Below, one piece after another: positions 10,677 to 23,720 of a stretch of 64,000 nucleotides of DNA. A model generated the notes under the pieces. It saw only the letters and a list, made by a program, of their open reading frames with translations, was not told where the DNA came from and ran no database searches. The position numbers were made by a program, and so were the translations under genes. The stretch comes from Diplonema japonicum (taxonomy: Eukaryota; Protista; Euglenozoa: Diplonemea). Position 1 is the stretch's first letter; every line of letters starts with the position of its first letter. The stretch is taken from NCBI GenBank assembly GCA_964019335.1, contig OZ025694.1:1-64000 (forward strand), in the 5' to 3' direction.

Positions 10677-12087
10677 GCAAAAGAATCCAGAAATTCTAAC
10701 CCAACTGTATGGTGACAGCCGATGTTTGTCACAAGTCACTATTGAACACCTGTATTTTACTACCACACCCACTCTCAGAGCTGGAGATGAAGTTCCAAAT
10801 GATTTAAAAACCTTATCTTGGTAGCCATTTAAGGCAGTGGGAGGTTTATGTATTGCTTCCGTCATGTGTTTTTTTCTTCTTTTCTTTTTGAGAGAACCTT
10901 TTGAGAAAAACCTTTCTCTCTTTTTTCCTTCCTTCCCATAGCATCTACACCTTTTGGCCACGTGCTGTTCATTATACAAGTACCCGGCCTGTTTAGCCAT
11001 TCTCATAATCCCTAAGAACCTCAGCACATGGTAGCTAGTACATGTTCTTTCAAACACCTAAAAGCCCACAGTGGCAAATCGCGAGAAAAAAGAAAAAAAA
11101 GAGGAGAAAAGTTAATGTCCTAGTCAGTTTAGGTTTTATTATTCTTTCTTCCTTTTTTTTAAAAATTCAAATGCAATTCTGTGCTTGTACTTTAATGAAA
11201 TAAGGGAAAAAGAAAAGGGGGGGACAAAAAAGAAAAAAAAAAGAAATTGCCGAGTTGTTCTGTTGTGAGCAACGGTTACAAACCTTTTTTACCTAACAAA
11301 GAGATTATTTGTAACGCAGCACCCAACATTCTTTTTTTGATAACTACAATAACAAGTGTTTCTACTCATCATAGAAAAGAAAGTTACAAACCCCCCATCC
11401 CCCACCGTCTGTTCTCAGTCGTACCCGAAGTTTTTAAGGGTTGAACCTGAATTCCGAAGCGAAAGTCTCACTAATTTTGCGCCCCCTCCCCCCCTTCCCC
11501 CCCCTCAATCTCGCTTCCCCTGTGGCCAACAAGATTTGATAGCGTAAGACCGGCAAAGGCCGATGTGGTTTTCTTTCCTTTTTTTTAGCCCCCCATTTAG
11601 CCCCCCATTTAAAATAATTCGTGTCGAGTAGTTGTTTAGCAGCGCAAACCGGTAATTTTCATTAGGTACAATTACGCTTGTGCGCAGCAAGTGGAGCGTC
11701 CATCCCCCCCCCCCCCCCCCTCCCTAGTTCTTTTCAGTTTCTTTTTATTTTTCTTTGTTCTTTCTTTTTTTTTTTTTTTTGTATTGTTTTCCCTTTTCTC
11801 TTCTAATGTTTCAATGTTTGAACCAGTCATATGATTAGATAGGTTTAGAACAACAAACACACCTGACATCAAAAAAAAAAAAGGAAAAAAAAAGTAAAGA
11901 AAAAAAGGTTTTTACAGGCGAGAAAAAGGGGGAAGGGAGGGAGGGAGGAGAAAAGACTTCATTTCAACATGTAACTGTAAAATACGAGTGCCTTGAAGGT
12001 GAGGGGGTATTTTTTTTTCTCTTCATCTCTTCTCTTTCCCACCATAGTTACGTGTTTAAACAATTAGTTTCTTTAAGAACTTAGCTT

Positions 12088-12300
12088 GATGCCTCATATC
12101 TCTAAAGCCCGTCTGATCAGTCCTGGACTTGCTCTAAGGGGCAATAGAGGGAATTGTTGAGCATGTCGAAAAAGCAGACCACACACAAGCGTTCAATCGT
12201 TGAAGAGACCCGCGAAACGAGGTCATTGCAGCCTTGTTTTGAAAAATAGCAATTTTCTGTGCCCTCCGAGCAAGGGGTGCTAAACGGGTTTTAAAACATG
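12088..12300. mobile_element. MITE-like element; oppositely oriented relative at ~21992-22240
   Basis: gcctcatatctctaaa and tttgaaaaatagcaattttct match the reverse complement of the 22-kb copy, which has tatctctaaaac...gttttagagata inverted ends. Confidence 0.5.
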
Positions 12301-13372
12301 AGTATTAACACAGTACTGTCCTCAAAACTTCTTCCCTGTTTTATTTCTGTTTTGTTCCCCCCTTTTTCTTCTTCTTCTTTGTTGTTGTTGTTGTTGTTGC
12401 TTATTTTGATTCTAATACAGGTACCTCAGCCTCCTCCCTCCCTCCCGCTCTCACTTTTCCGAAATATTCACTTCCAAATTAAAAGTCTCATGTTTCATAA
12501 TGCATCACCTGTACACACGAGGGGAGGTATTTGGCGAACCGAACCCGAGTAGTTACTTCAAGTTTTACTTCATGCAGGCCTGGGGGAAAGGCCCTTTAGG
12601 TGGAATAGATCCACTTAAATCTTACACCTAATTCACCTAATGCCATTTTGAAACATTGGTATTTAACGAAAAGGGACTCAATCTTCTGAAACTTACTTTA
12701 CCGCCAAAAGTGCAGACATAAATTTCACCCGGCGAGGAAAGAAAAGAAGAGAGGGGGGAAAAAAAAAGCCCGATTCTCGGGTGAAATGTGGCTGTAATTT
12801 TGCTGGAAAAATACATAAAGCTATCCCCCTAATCCAAGTTAAGATCTTTTACAACACAAAAGAGAATTTAACCCCCCCCCCCCATTTCACCCGAGTTTGC
12901 TCGATTCAAAAAAAAAAAAAAAAAAAAAAAACAGAATTTATAGCAGTAGATTGACAGTTTTTTTTTTTTTTCCCTATTCGTATTTTTTGAAAGCTACTGG
13001 AGGTGCTTTTTTAGCGCCTGGGGATTTGTCAGCCCGACATTTTCCACCTTACGGTAGTTTCAAATATGCTATGTAGTGCAGATGAAGAGATTGGCACACC
13101 AGCGAGAAGAAAGGAATTAAATTTTATTTACTGTAAACCAAGAATGTAAAAGTGGAGAGGGACCACAGAAGCAATTAAACACCAACAAGAAGGGGGTATT
13201 GTAAGAAGCATGCTTCACTGGCACACTCCTGAATATTTTTGTTCATATTTTTTTCCCACCAACTATTTTCTTGGTTTACAGTATTTTCCCCCCTCTTCTT
13301 TCCCCCCCCCCCCTTTTTTTTCTTAGAATTTATTTGCAATTTGTTCAAAAAATGATAACCAGCACTTTGTCA

Positions 13373-13411
<39 letters not shown>

Positions 13412-13536
13412 TGCCGAACAAATGATTAATTCTACTTTATTAGGTTTCACATTGTCTTTTCTACTTCGCGTATTTATCTTTCAAAAAATGATTTTATAAC
13501 TAATGGCAACTTGTGCTTTTTTTTTTTTTTGTTTGT

Positions 13537-13856
13537 GGTGGTGGGGATAACATGGAAATAAAGAAGTACATCAGATGTGTTGTTCGCTGTTGACCTCCTC
13601 GTCGGTCATCGCCGGTAGCGCCCGAGTGGAAGAACGTAACGCAGATGCTCAGGGTGACGAACAGGCAGCAAACTGCAGGAGTGCAGAATCTTGGTTACCC
13701 GGGACGCCCCGGCTAGGGTTGAGCACACCGCATGCATTAAGGACACGACGCGGAACGTAGAAGAAGCTACAGCTCGGCCGAGGAGCGCCCCCTGTAATCA
13801 AGTAGGTAGTTCGTGCTTCGTTGCACGCTTAACGCCACCTAGTGTTGCAAAGCCCC
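13537..13856 (+). repeat. Least-decayed copy of interspersed repeat family A (SINE-like); others at 15637-15917, ~24505-24616 and ~25678-25790
   Basis: The core cagatgtgttgttcgctgttgacctcc...gcagatgctcagggtgacgaacaggcagcaaac...gaagaagctacagctcggccg...ctgtaatcaagtag recurs across the window. Confidence 0.85.
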
Positions 13857-14566
13857 ATTTGTTTTTATTTATTTTCTGGATTTCCCTCTAAAGGGATTTT
13901 AGCTAGAGCCGGGAAAATAAAAGTTTTCCATATTTCCCTGGGGAAAATATAAAAGTACTTTATTTTTTCCCCTCATGTTTTCTGCAGATTTGTGAAAATG
14001 GGGCTTCAGAGAAAAGAGGCCAGAAAATCAACAAATTTTTGCGGTATTTGTGCCCACCGTGGACAGGGGATCCTACACCTGCCTGTCACCATTCTGCTGT
14101 TGCATCCTGGTGTTGGCTGTCGGTTTGCCTTTCAGTCATGGATGACATCTGCGGTTAGAACATCGCTCAGGCCCTCTAAGTAGGGAGCTGGTTGGGTGGA
14201 CGAGAACAGGTGCCATGCGTCGCTGGTGCACCCAGGTTCCTCAGGGAGTTCATCGAGCTCAGCCGCATCCGCACCAGAAAGCGCAGGGAGGCTGACATGA
14301 TAACGTAGTTTGATGCCCTGTACAACGTCCCACCGGCCCAGGTTGAAGGCGTGGACGAGCTATGCAAGCAACCCCCTGTCTTGATGTTATGTCAAATCCT
14401 GGCTTTGGGGGGGGGGTTTTTTTTTGGGAGTGCCATCGGGAACCAGAAAATAAATAAAATTACGTATTCATGAATTAAAGTGGACTTTACTCTCCCTTGG
14501 CTGATAACCTGTCCCTCGGAATCACCCCCTCGGGACAGATTATCAGCTCAATAGTTATTATTCTTA

Positions 14567-14645
14567 TTTTTTTTTTTTTTTTTTTTTTTTTGTTACAAAT
14601 ATTTATCTTTCAAAATGATTTTATAACTATATGCAACTTGTGCTG

Positions 14646-14693
<48 letters not shown>

Positions 14694-14765
14694 TTCGCAG
14701 CTTTTTAAAACCTTTTCTGCTCGTGCGAACAACAAAGACATATATAGTCATAAAGAATTATTTTT
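14567..14765 (-). mobile_element. Poly(A)-tailed short retroposon family D; other copies at ~4785-4825, 13470-13516, 22890-23020, 31886-31975 (opposite strand), 41290-41500, 42000-42120 and 60640-60758
   Basis: On + it reads poly(T)-gttacaaatatttatctttcaaa...atgcaacttgtgc(c/t)gagc...gctcgtgcgaacaacaaagacatatagtcataaagaatt, i.e. an A-tail on the minus strand. Confidence 0.7.
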
Positions 14766-15323
14766 GTGTACAACAAAGACATATACCGTATTTGGACTTA
14801 ATATGGAAGGAAAATTATTTGGAACGGGAACTGTTTGAAAGGATAACGCAATGAAACTGATTTGGAAACAGGGGGGAAATACAAAAATACGAAACTAATT
14901 TGGGAACAAACAGCGAAAACCTTTTGAACTTGTAACCTTTTCCGTTTCATATCAAGTCCAAGTACGTCATAAAGAGTGATTTTTTTTTTCTTTTTTTTTT
15001 TTTTTTTTGTTGAACAAGAAGAAACAACTTATTAACAATTGTTACTAAAAAAGTACAGTTGTAGCAACAGACCCCCTTTTTTTTTCTGGGGTGAAGTATG
15101 TCATTGTCGGGAAAGAGTCAAAAAGAAGGGGACAGAACTTTCTTCACATCCTCGTTGAACCTTTCTTCCGACTGTTCCCTTCTTCTGTCTCCCCTTCCCC
15201 GTTGTTGTGAACAAAACACACAAGTTATCAACTGTGTCCTCTCTAGGATGACATTTTCAAAAAAAAAAAAAAAAAAAAAAAAAACAAAATTCGTAGTTTC
15301 TATTTTTAAATTTTAGTTTTATA

Positions 15324-15334
15324 CTGTAATGGGG

Positions 15335-15365
<31 letters not shown>

Positions 15366-15594
15366 AAAAACTGAAACTGGACAATTTGGTCCAAAGCTGG
15401 ACGGTCGGTCATTGAATTATTCCGGGGCTTAACCAAAATCTTTGGCGTATATAATGTACTGCATTTATTTTGTACTGTCATGGTCATGGACTAATGGACC
15501 TTTTTCGGGTATAATAGAAAAAAAAAAAGAAAAAAAAAAAAAAGAAAAAAAACCACTGGGAAATTGAACCTGTGGGCGCCAACTCCCATTACAG
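15324..15594. mobile_element. TA-flanked Tc1/mariner-pogo-type MITE
   Basis: TA|ctgtaatggg ... cccattacag|TA. Confidence 0.55.
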
Positions 15595-16368
15595 TATTTC
15601 ACCTCCCCTTTTTTTCTTTTTCTCCACCTTTAGAAGGTGGTGGGGATAACATGAAAATATAGAAAAACACCAGATGTGTTGTTCGCTGTTGACCTCCTCA
15701 TCGGTCATCGCCTGTAGTGCCCAAGTGGAAGAACATAATGCAGATGCTCAGGGTGACGAACAGGCAGCAAACTGCAGGAGCGCAGAATCTTGGTTACCTG
15801 GGGTTGAGCTGTACACCGCACGCATTAAGGACACGACGCGGAACGCAGAAGAAGCTACAACTCGGCCGCGGTGCGCCTCATGTAGTAAAGTAGACAGTTC
15901 TTGTGCAGGGTACTGCCTCCTTTAACTCATATATTTCTTTCCCTTTCTCTTTTTTTTTTCTTCTTTTTTTTCCCCCCCGTTCTTATTTTTTTTCAACATG
16001 AAGCCGCCCTGAAGGAATGCCCACACGGTAGCGAGGGTGAACTGGAGTAATTTTACTTCATTTCCCCCCCCTTTTTTTTTCACACTGCTATCTTTGCGTC
16101 CTGTTTCCCTTCCTTCTTTTCTTTCTCCCGCTTCCATCGTGGTGAACAGCAGCAAACCTGTCGACTCAAATGTGCAAAGGACACTTTTAGACAGATTGAA
16201 CTGTGGGTAATTCCTTCCAGGCAGGCTTGTGTCTTTACTTAGCTACCACTAGCCTTAAATGATAGAAATGCAAGCTTCAGCGGTGGAAAAAGTGAAGAAA
16301 CAAGAATGTTATAACTGGGGATATTCTCTTTTTATTCCATATTCCCTTCTCTCTAATTCGCACTACTG

Positions 16369-16399
<31 letters not shown>

Positions 16400-16873
16400 T
16401 TTCTTTTTTTTTTCTGTAGTAGAAAAGAAAGAAAGAAAAATTAAATACGAGGGAAATGACCCTCGAAAGCTAACTTTTCTCAAGAACGAGGATTTTGACT
16501 CGTCCAATGGAGGGGATCGTCGGTAAGTGAGTTTCCAGTCTGTCGCTCCGGCGAGTCGCTTTTTCAACAACATTTCCCCCCAATCGAGTTAGCTAATGAC
16601 TTCATTTTCCGATAATAGAATTTCTTGTTTTTCTTTTGCCCCCTCTCCCCCGTTAATTGTGTAATGACATCACACACCGTGGTGGGGCGTTCTTCTTTTT
16701 ACCCCCTCTTTTTTTTTTTTTTTTTATTGGGGGTGAGGGGTGTAGCCTTTAACGAGTCTAAAACACGCCTTAGGAAGTAATTGCTTCATTTTTTTTTCCT
16801 TTACTTCAAAATTTCGTGTGTGGGTGGGTGTCCAAGAATTTTTTTTCCCAAGCAATGAATGGGAGGTAGCCTT

Positions 16874-16908
<35 letters not shown>

Positions 16909-16970
16909 GGACCACAAGGAACTTGGGAGGGAACCCAACAGCCAAAAAAATTGCGCACGAAAACTGGAGC

Positions 16971-17001
<31 letters not shown>

Positions 17002-17423
17002 TAAGAAAGGCTACCTCCCAAACATTCTTCTGGTTTCTCTGCTATGAAAGCCAATTCGAGTTTTTGAGAGGTGAATAAGACGGGTTTGCAACTCTATGCA
17101 TTCTTACCCCTCCTTAAAACTTTAGCGTACTGACCGCACATACCTACAAAATAATTAGAATACGAACACTCTTTTATTATGGCCATAATTTCACCGAGGG
17201 CAAAAAAAAAAAAGTTCGAGAGTGAAAGGAATGGCCGTAATCTGGTGTAAGCCATGCTTTGAGATGCTGCACTCGCACTGGCGGGCAGGAGACTCTTTTC
17301 ATCCTTTTTTGACTTCGGCATTTGTGATTTGTGTTTCTTGATCTTGGATGAAGAAAAATCACATATTGATAACCTAGGTCCCAAATCTAGATTATCATTC
17401 TACTTTTTTTTCCAGCGCAGGGA

Positions 17424-17495
17424 TCGGAGTGTAGCTCAGTGGTTAGGGGCCTCGGCTACCGCCACAGGAGTCGTGAGTTCAACCCCTGTCAGGCA
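17424..17495 (+). other. tRNA-like sequence (tRNA-derived SINE head or tRNA pseudogene)
   Basis: A box TAGCTCAGTGG (17432-17442) and B box GAGTTCAACCC (17475-17485) at tRNA spacing, but the acceptor, anticodon and T stems do not pair properly. Confidence 0.5.
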
Positions 17496-17906
17496 ACATT
17501 CGCGATCAAATTATAGCCCCAAAAATCAAATTATGAGACCCTACCAATAAGATAATAGGGGCTTCCGGAGTGATGAAGTTTCTGAAAAATGAGATAAGAA
17601 AAAAAAAAAAAAAAAAAAAAAAAAGATTAACCCCTACCTCGGATCACATTGCGTGGATCGAAAAAGCTGAAGATATGTAGTTGCGCCCTCCCCTAAGATC
17701 ATGCCACATTTTTTTCAGCGTCTGCCTGTGATGCTTGCCCCCCTCTCCCCCCCTTTTTCATCTTTTACTTCTACTTCTTTTTCTGCTCTCCGTTTCTTTC
17801 TATCCCCCACAAAAAAAAAATCGATGCTTATATGATCTGTTTTATACCCCCCCTCCCCCCCCCCCTAGCCCCACCCCTTTCGTTCCAACAACCCATTGCA
17901 GGATCA

Positions 17907-20877
17907 ATGCAAGTTCATAACGACGATATTGAGAATGCTGAGAACGCGTCATCATGGAATGTGAGCGAGACCAGCTCTGAGTATGGCCGTGCTGTGCCGA
18001 AGTGGATGAGCATAAGGGTGGTACTGGGGTTGCTGTGTGTTGTGACTGCAATCGGGCTCTTCGGGACTTCAATCTTCTCTGTGACAACGTGCAAGGACGC
18101 GCTGGACACAACGAACAATGCAGGCGATGCTGCTTTCGATGCATGCATGGCAAACGCGGAGAAGACTTCAGATGACCTGGTTCTCCAACAGCTAAACCTT
18201 TTCAGCATTTACATCCATTCTACTATCGACGCACTTCTTAAGGCCTATGCACTCGAGGTGTCCCGTTTTGCGGTGGCAGTAACATTTGCATCTACCAGTA
18301 GCGCCCCCGACTGGGCTTGGGTGAAGCAGCAGCAAGACGACCTTGTGATCCCTCTCCTCCTGTTAGGGAGCTCAGGTCTCAACGATGTTGAGTTCTTCGT
18401 TGACGACAAGTACGTGTTCAGCGCCTCTATGTGGAGCGGCAGCCTTGTTTTCACTACGAACGACGGGTCGGGCACCCCAGGCAACAACGCCACACATTCC
18501 ACCGAATACGCAGTGGACCGAAGCTTTGCCCTTATCCCCGGCACAGAGATTATTCGACCCTTCTCCCCTGGGAAGGACAATGAACTGATGACAGACTTCA
18601 ACCACAACGTCACAAAGCAATTCGAGCGTACCTGGGGTCCCCTCCGGATATTCCACGATCGCATCAATCTCGTTCTGCGATACCACTTTGTGTACGCCCC
18701 TACTGGTGCACCCATGTCACTGTTTATGGGCTTCTCTCCAGAGTCGATCACAGTGTTCCTTAGTGGCCTCTTCTTAAACACTTCAAACAGCAGAGTGTAC
18801 GTGGTTGTTGGCGACAGCCCCATGGCGAACAAGTATGAAGCGATCGGAGAGACCGCCCTCGCAGCTTCACAGAACGACACGGGTCTGCTGGTGGGGGTCT
18901 CGCATGGGGCCTTCTTCTCGAACGACAACCAGCTGCGGAGAGACGTCGATGCTGATGACGCGAAAATGGCGCTCATCGCAGAGCGAGTGCACGAGCTGGG
19001 CGGTTATGCGGCGATTGCAGACACTGAAGAGCAGTCAATTAAGACAACAGTGAACGGGTCACTTCACCACCTCATTGTTAAAGTGTATGAGCCGACAAGA
19101 ACAGTCGGAGTCCTGTGGTACGTTGTGGGCGGGATCCCGACACGGGAGCTCTTGGAGGAGTCGCTTGCGGCGTCGGCGGACGTGTTCGCGTCGCGGACGA
19201 AGGCGAAGAGCGACTCGAGCGACAAGGTGGACCGGAACCTGGCGACGATTCTGATTCTGTCGGGGTGCATCGCACTGGCGCTGACGATGTCGAGCACGGC
19301 TGTGTCGCTGCTGATCACGAACCCTGTGCGGGTGCTGCAGCGGGAGATGAAGCGGGTGTCGGAGATGGATTTGAAGGGGAGCAAGGACCAGAAGATGAGC
19401 CTCTTGTACGAGGTGAGCGAGATCCAGAAGTCGTTCTTCAAGATGGTGTCGAACTTGGAGGAGTTTCGGGCGTACGTGCCGAGCGCGCTGCTGAACAGCG
19501 GGTCTGTGCTGTGCGTGCTCCCTCCGGAGGGGGAGGTGGCGCTTGTCTTCACGGACATCGTGGGGTCGACGTCGCTTTGGAGCAAGGCGCCGGTGCAGAT
19601 GGACGCGGCTCTGGAGACGCACAACCGGGTGATGCGGGAGTGGTGCCAGAAGGAGGAGGGGTACGAGGTGAAGACCATCGGGGACGCCTTCATGATCGCC
19701 TTCTCGTCGGCTGTGTCGGCGGTGCGGTTCTGCTGCGGGGTGCAAGAGGACCTGCTGGTGGAGGAGTGGCCGGAGGAGCTGGAGCTCCCTATGAAGCACG
19801 GGACGAAGAACCCGTCACAGGTGCTGTGGGGCGGGATCCGGGTGCGGATGGGGTGTCACTTCGGAACGGCGATCCTGGAGGAGAACCCGCTGACGGGGAG
19901 GTCGGACTACAGGGGGACGACAGTGAACACGGCGTCGCGGGTGGAAGGGAAGGCGCTGGCGGGGACGATCTGCGTGACGGACGAGCTGCTCGCGGAGGTG
20001 CGGTACATGGTGAGCACGCAGCAGGTGACGTCGGCGGACCACCGGATGCACGACCTGAAGGGGCTCGGGAGCATGCACCTGAACCTGTTGGTGCCTCCGG
20101 CTTTGGTGGAGCGGCTGGACGAGTCGACGGCGCAGAAGTACGAGATGACGATGTCGTCGCCGGAGCCGAACCCGCTGTCGAGCGCAGGGTCGAGCAGGAG
20201 CAGCATCGACGGGGCGGGGCGGGTGAAGGGAACGGTGGGAGCAGGGGGTCGACGGAGGAAGGGTCCGAAGAAGACGCAGCTGTCGCTGGTGCGGGAGGTG
20301 GGGACGGTGGCGGTGTGCAAGCTCCTCCCCGTGAAGGATGACAAGGTGTTCGACTGCTGCAACCTGATGATCCGCGCGGTGTGCGAGGTGGCGTCGCAGA
20401 CGGACGGGAACGTGGGAGGGGTCTGCGGGGAGATGATCACGGTGGCGTGGAACACGGTGAAGCCGAACAAGCTGCACACGACGGCCGCGATGCGCTTCAC
20501 GTCGGAGCTGCAGCGACGGGCGGGGGCCGTGCTGCGGGTGGGGCTTGGGACCGGGCAGCTCTTGCACGGGAATGTCGGGACCAAGAGCAACCGGTACCAC
20601 AACATCTTCAGCGTCGCCCTCCAAGCAGCAGAGGCAGCCGCCTCCCACACCTCCACCTTCAACACCTTCGCCGTCCTCGCTGACTGCACAGACGACGGCT
20701 GCGCCGCCTCCAACCCGAGCATCGCCTCCTTCGTCCGCATCGTCGACAGCTGGCTCGACGTCTCCAGCAAGAAGGTCATGCGCTTCTACGAGCTCAACAC
20801 CACAAAGCTCCTCACTGATCTGGAGGATGCTTGGGCTGTTGCTGATGAGAGGTGTGTGTAAGAAAGAAAAAAAAAAG

Positions 20878-20914
<37 letters not shown>

Positions 20915-21258
20915 CAACGAGTACCCCCTTTTTCTTTTCTTTTCCTTTGCAGTGTCGAAGATCAAAGCTACAAGAAGGCCTACTACAGCGCACTCCAAGG
21001 GGACGAGGAAGCCCTCGACTCGCTCCAGACCTTCGCAGGGGAGCCAGGGTTCAGTACGGATGTTGTCACGGTATGGTGAAAGGAAAAAAAGAAAAGAAAA
21101 CTACACACACAAACAAACAACCACTTACACAACCACCACAGGCTGTCCACAAACTCTTGAAGAATGATAACGGTCTCCGAAACGGGAGCTACAGGACAAG
21201 GGTTACGATCGGAGGGCTGCCGCTTGGTGCCATGGGACAAGTGGAGGAAGACGAGTGA
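17907..21258 (+). CDS. Receptor-type adenylate cyclase, copy 2; exons 17907-20851, 20953-21070, 21142-21258
   Basis: Colinear with copy 1 at a constant offset of 10744 nt, with the same motifs and introns. ATG 17907 follows tgcag|gatca. Confidence 0.9.
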
Positions 21259-21962
21259 TGGTGGAGAGGAAGGGCGACGTGGTGTGCAGCGGGTGCCATA
21301 AAGAAAGAAAGTGAAGACTGACCAGTGTCTAATTGTAGTGATCAATGTTCCCTTTGTTTTATAAAGAAAAAAAATATATATAAGGAAGTCGGTCAGCGTG
21401 AAAGCCTTCCTTTCAGATCACAGACCGCAAAACAGTATTTAATTCTATTTTATTTTTTGAGTCCACCTCCCCTCTCCCTCCCCGCTTTTTTGTTCTGGTC
21501 CCTCCCCTTATCTCTTCCCTGAAGTTTGTCTGTTGTTTGGTGTACTACTCAAAGAAGAAAGAAAAAGAAAAAAGAAAAAAAGAAAAATCTCAATTCTTAT
21601 TGTTTCATTACCACGACGTTGCATAGTCACTATTGTGCATTTTTATTTACAGTAGAGTAAGCAGATTTTTATACAGGTTTTCGTTAAAACACTGAATTTC
21701 GGTTGTGTGCTTGGCAAAACAGGGAGACGGTCTCTCATGTTTTTTCCCCCCTCTTTTTTTTCTTTACCCCGACAAGGCTGCCCCGCAGTTTTACCACCGC
21801 AGTAGGAACCCGCCAGAGCCCCCAGAACGGGGACAACGGAGACTAAGGACAGCGCGGCCGGTGAGCGCAAAAACGCATACCTTAAAAGAATAGTTTTCTT
21901 TTTTTTTTTCTTTTTTCTTTTTCCTTTTTTTTTCTCTTTTTTCTTGTGTTATTTCGTCAAAC

Positions 21963-21995
<33 letters not shown>

Positions 21996-22120
21996 ACTGT
22001 GTATCTCTAAAACTCGTTTTCAAAACCCCTCTTAAACCGGTTGAGAAAATTGCTCTTTTCAAAACCAATGGCGAGAATGGGTGCTCACCGTATAAATTTA
22101 CCTGCAATGCCTTGAAAGTA

Positions 22121-22177
<57 letters not shown>

Positions 22178-22799
22178 GGGGTGTTTGTCTTCTTGGCCCC
22201 TTAGACATTCCCGTTAACAGGTTTTAGAGATATGAGGCGTAATATTCCGCGTTGTGCATGTGCTTGAAAAGAATAATAGTTTATATTTAAAAAAAAAGAA
22301 GAATTCTGTGTATTATCAAGTGCTGAAAAAAAAAGAATACAGCTCGTATACAACAATACTTTGAACTTCTTAATTGTCCCGGAATAAAGTCACCCTACTT
22401 CCCCAGTATTTTTTTTTTTTTTTCTTATGACTTCTGACCTAGATTTCGACGAAATATTTTTTCGTTTTTTTTTTTTCTCTGTTTCGTTTTTGTGTTTTTT
22501 TTCTTTTTTTTTTTTTAGTAAGCTAACACCCCCCCCTCTTTTTTATTCTTTCACGACTGAAACATTGAATTTCTTCTCATGTGGCCGGATGGGAATAATT
22601 TCATTCAGGAAGATTAATGTGACACACCTCCCCCCCCCCCCCCCCTTCTTTTCTGGGGGCAAACAAAAGGAATAGGTGTGTCTACGGAATTATGCTCTGC
22701 CCCCCCCCCCCTTTTTTTGGGTCCAGAGGGAACCTGAATTCATAAGAGAGTTGCCCAGATGTTAAATAATAAAACAAAATAAATATGATTGAACCCTGT

Positions 22800-22850
<51 letters not shown>

Positions 22851-23025
22851 ACCATGATGACTTCCACCCTTGTATCCCCCTTTTTCCCTCTTGTAACAAG
22901 TACTGCTCAGTTGCTTTTTCTTGCAAGAGCAAAGAAAAAAAAAGAGTGTTAAAAAAACCGACCTTTTTTTTTTTATTTATCTCGAACAGCAAAGACATAT
23001 AGTCATAAAGAACTATTTTTATTTA

Positions 23026-23720
23026 GGGAAAACCAACGTACACGGTAACCAAATAACTTTTTTCCACCGTCGCCTTAAACCTGCAACTTTTTTTCCACCG
23101 TTCACGGTAACCTACAACTTTTTTTCCACTTTTTACTGTAACCACCAACAATTTCCCTTATGCAACCACTAACTTCTTTTCCACCGTCCACGGTAACCTC
23201 CGACATTTCTAAGCCTCATTGGGGTTTGGTACGAAATGTAGCAAGGGGGGCAAAACATGATGTTATAGCAAAAGAACAGGAAAAAAGACCTTTTAAGAGA
23301 GAAATGGTGTAGGCTGGGACTTCAACTGGGACAGCACTTCGAGGAGTGATTGTGGCTGTGGCGCAGCAGTTGAGTAATGAGGGTTCTGCACTTATTTTCC
23401 CCTTCTCTCTCACTTCGCTTCCAATTCTTGGTGTCTTTCCAAACCCTGGCTGTGCCTGCACGTTTTTCCCAAGTGCACACAGGCCTCCACCGTGGACGTT
23501 GGAAAAGAAGTTGTGGGTTACCGTGGACGGTGGAAAAAAAGTTCTTACTTACATGGTTTAGTGGAAAAAAAGTTGTAGGTTACCGTGGAGAGTGGAAAAT
23601 TCTTACAAAAAACCATTTGAGTGGAAAAAAAGTTGTGGGTTACCGTAAACAGTGGTGGAAATTCTGCTTACAGACTTGGGTGGGAAAAGTTAACTGGTTA
23701 CCGTGTGCGTTGTTATTCTC
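23026..23720. mobile_element. Mutator/foldback-like non-autonomous element with a 9-bp TSD
   Basis: TIRs gggaaaaccaacgtacacggtaacca / tggttaccgtgtgcgttgttattctc, mirrored tandem ttttccaccgtccacggtaacc sub-repeats, and TTTTATTTA at 23017-23025 and 23721-23729. Confidence 0.8.

Noticed and set aside
14040-14385. GC-rich coding-like island on the minus strand (also ~33800-34150 and ~31980-32210)
   Set aside because: Contains stops and no recognisable motif; probably element debris and cannot be assigned.
17424-17495. Functional tRNA gene
   Set aside because: A and B boxes are present but the stems do not pair.
23040-23200. Regularly spaced short repeats resembling a CRISPR array
   Set aside because: These are mirrored subterminal repeats of a TIR element with a 9-bp TSD; no unique spacers or cas genes, and the context is eukaryotic.
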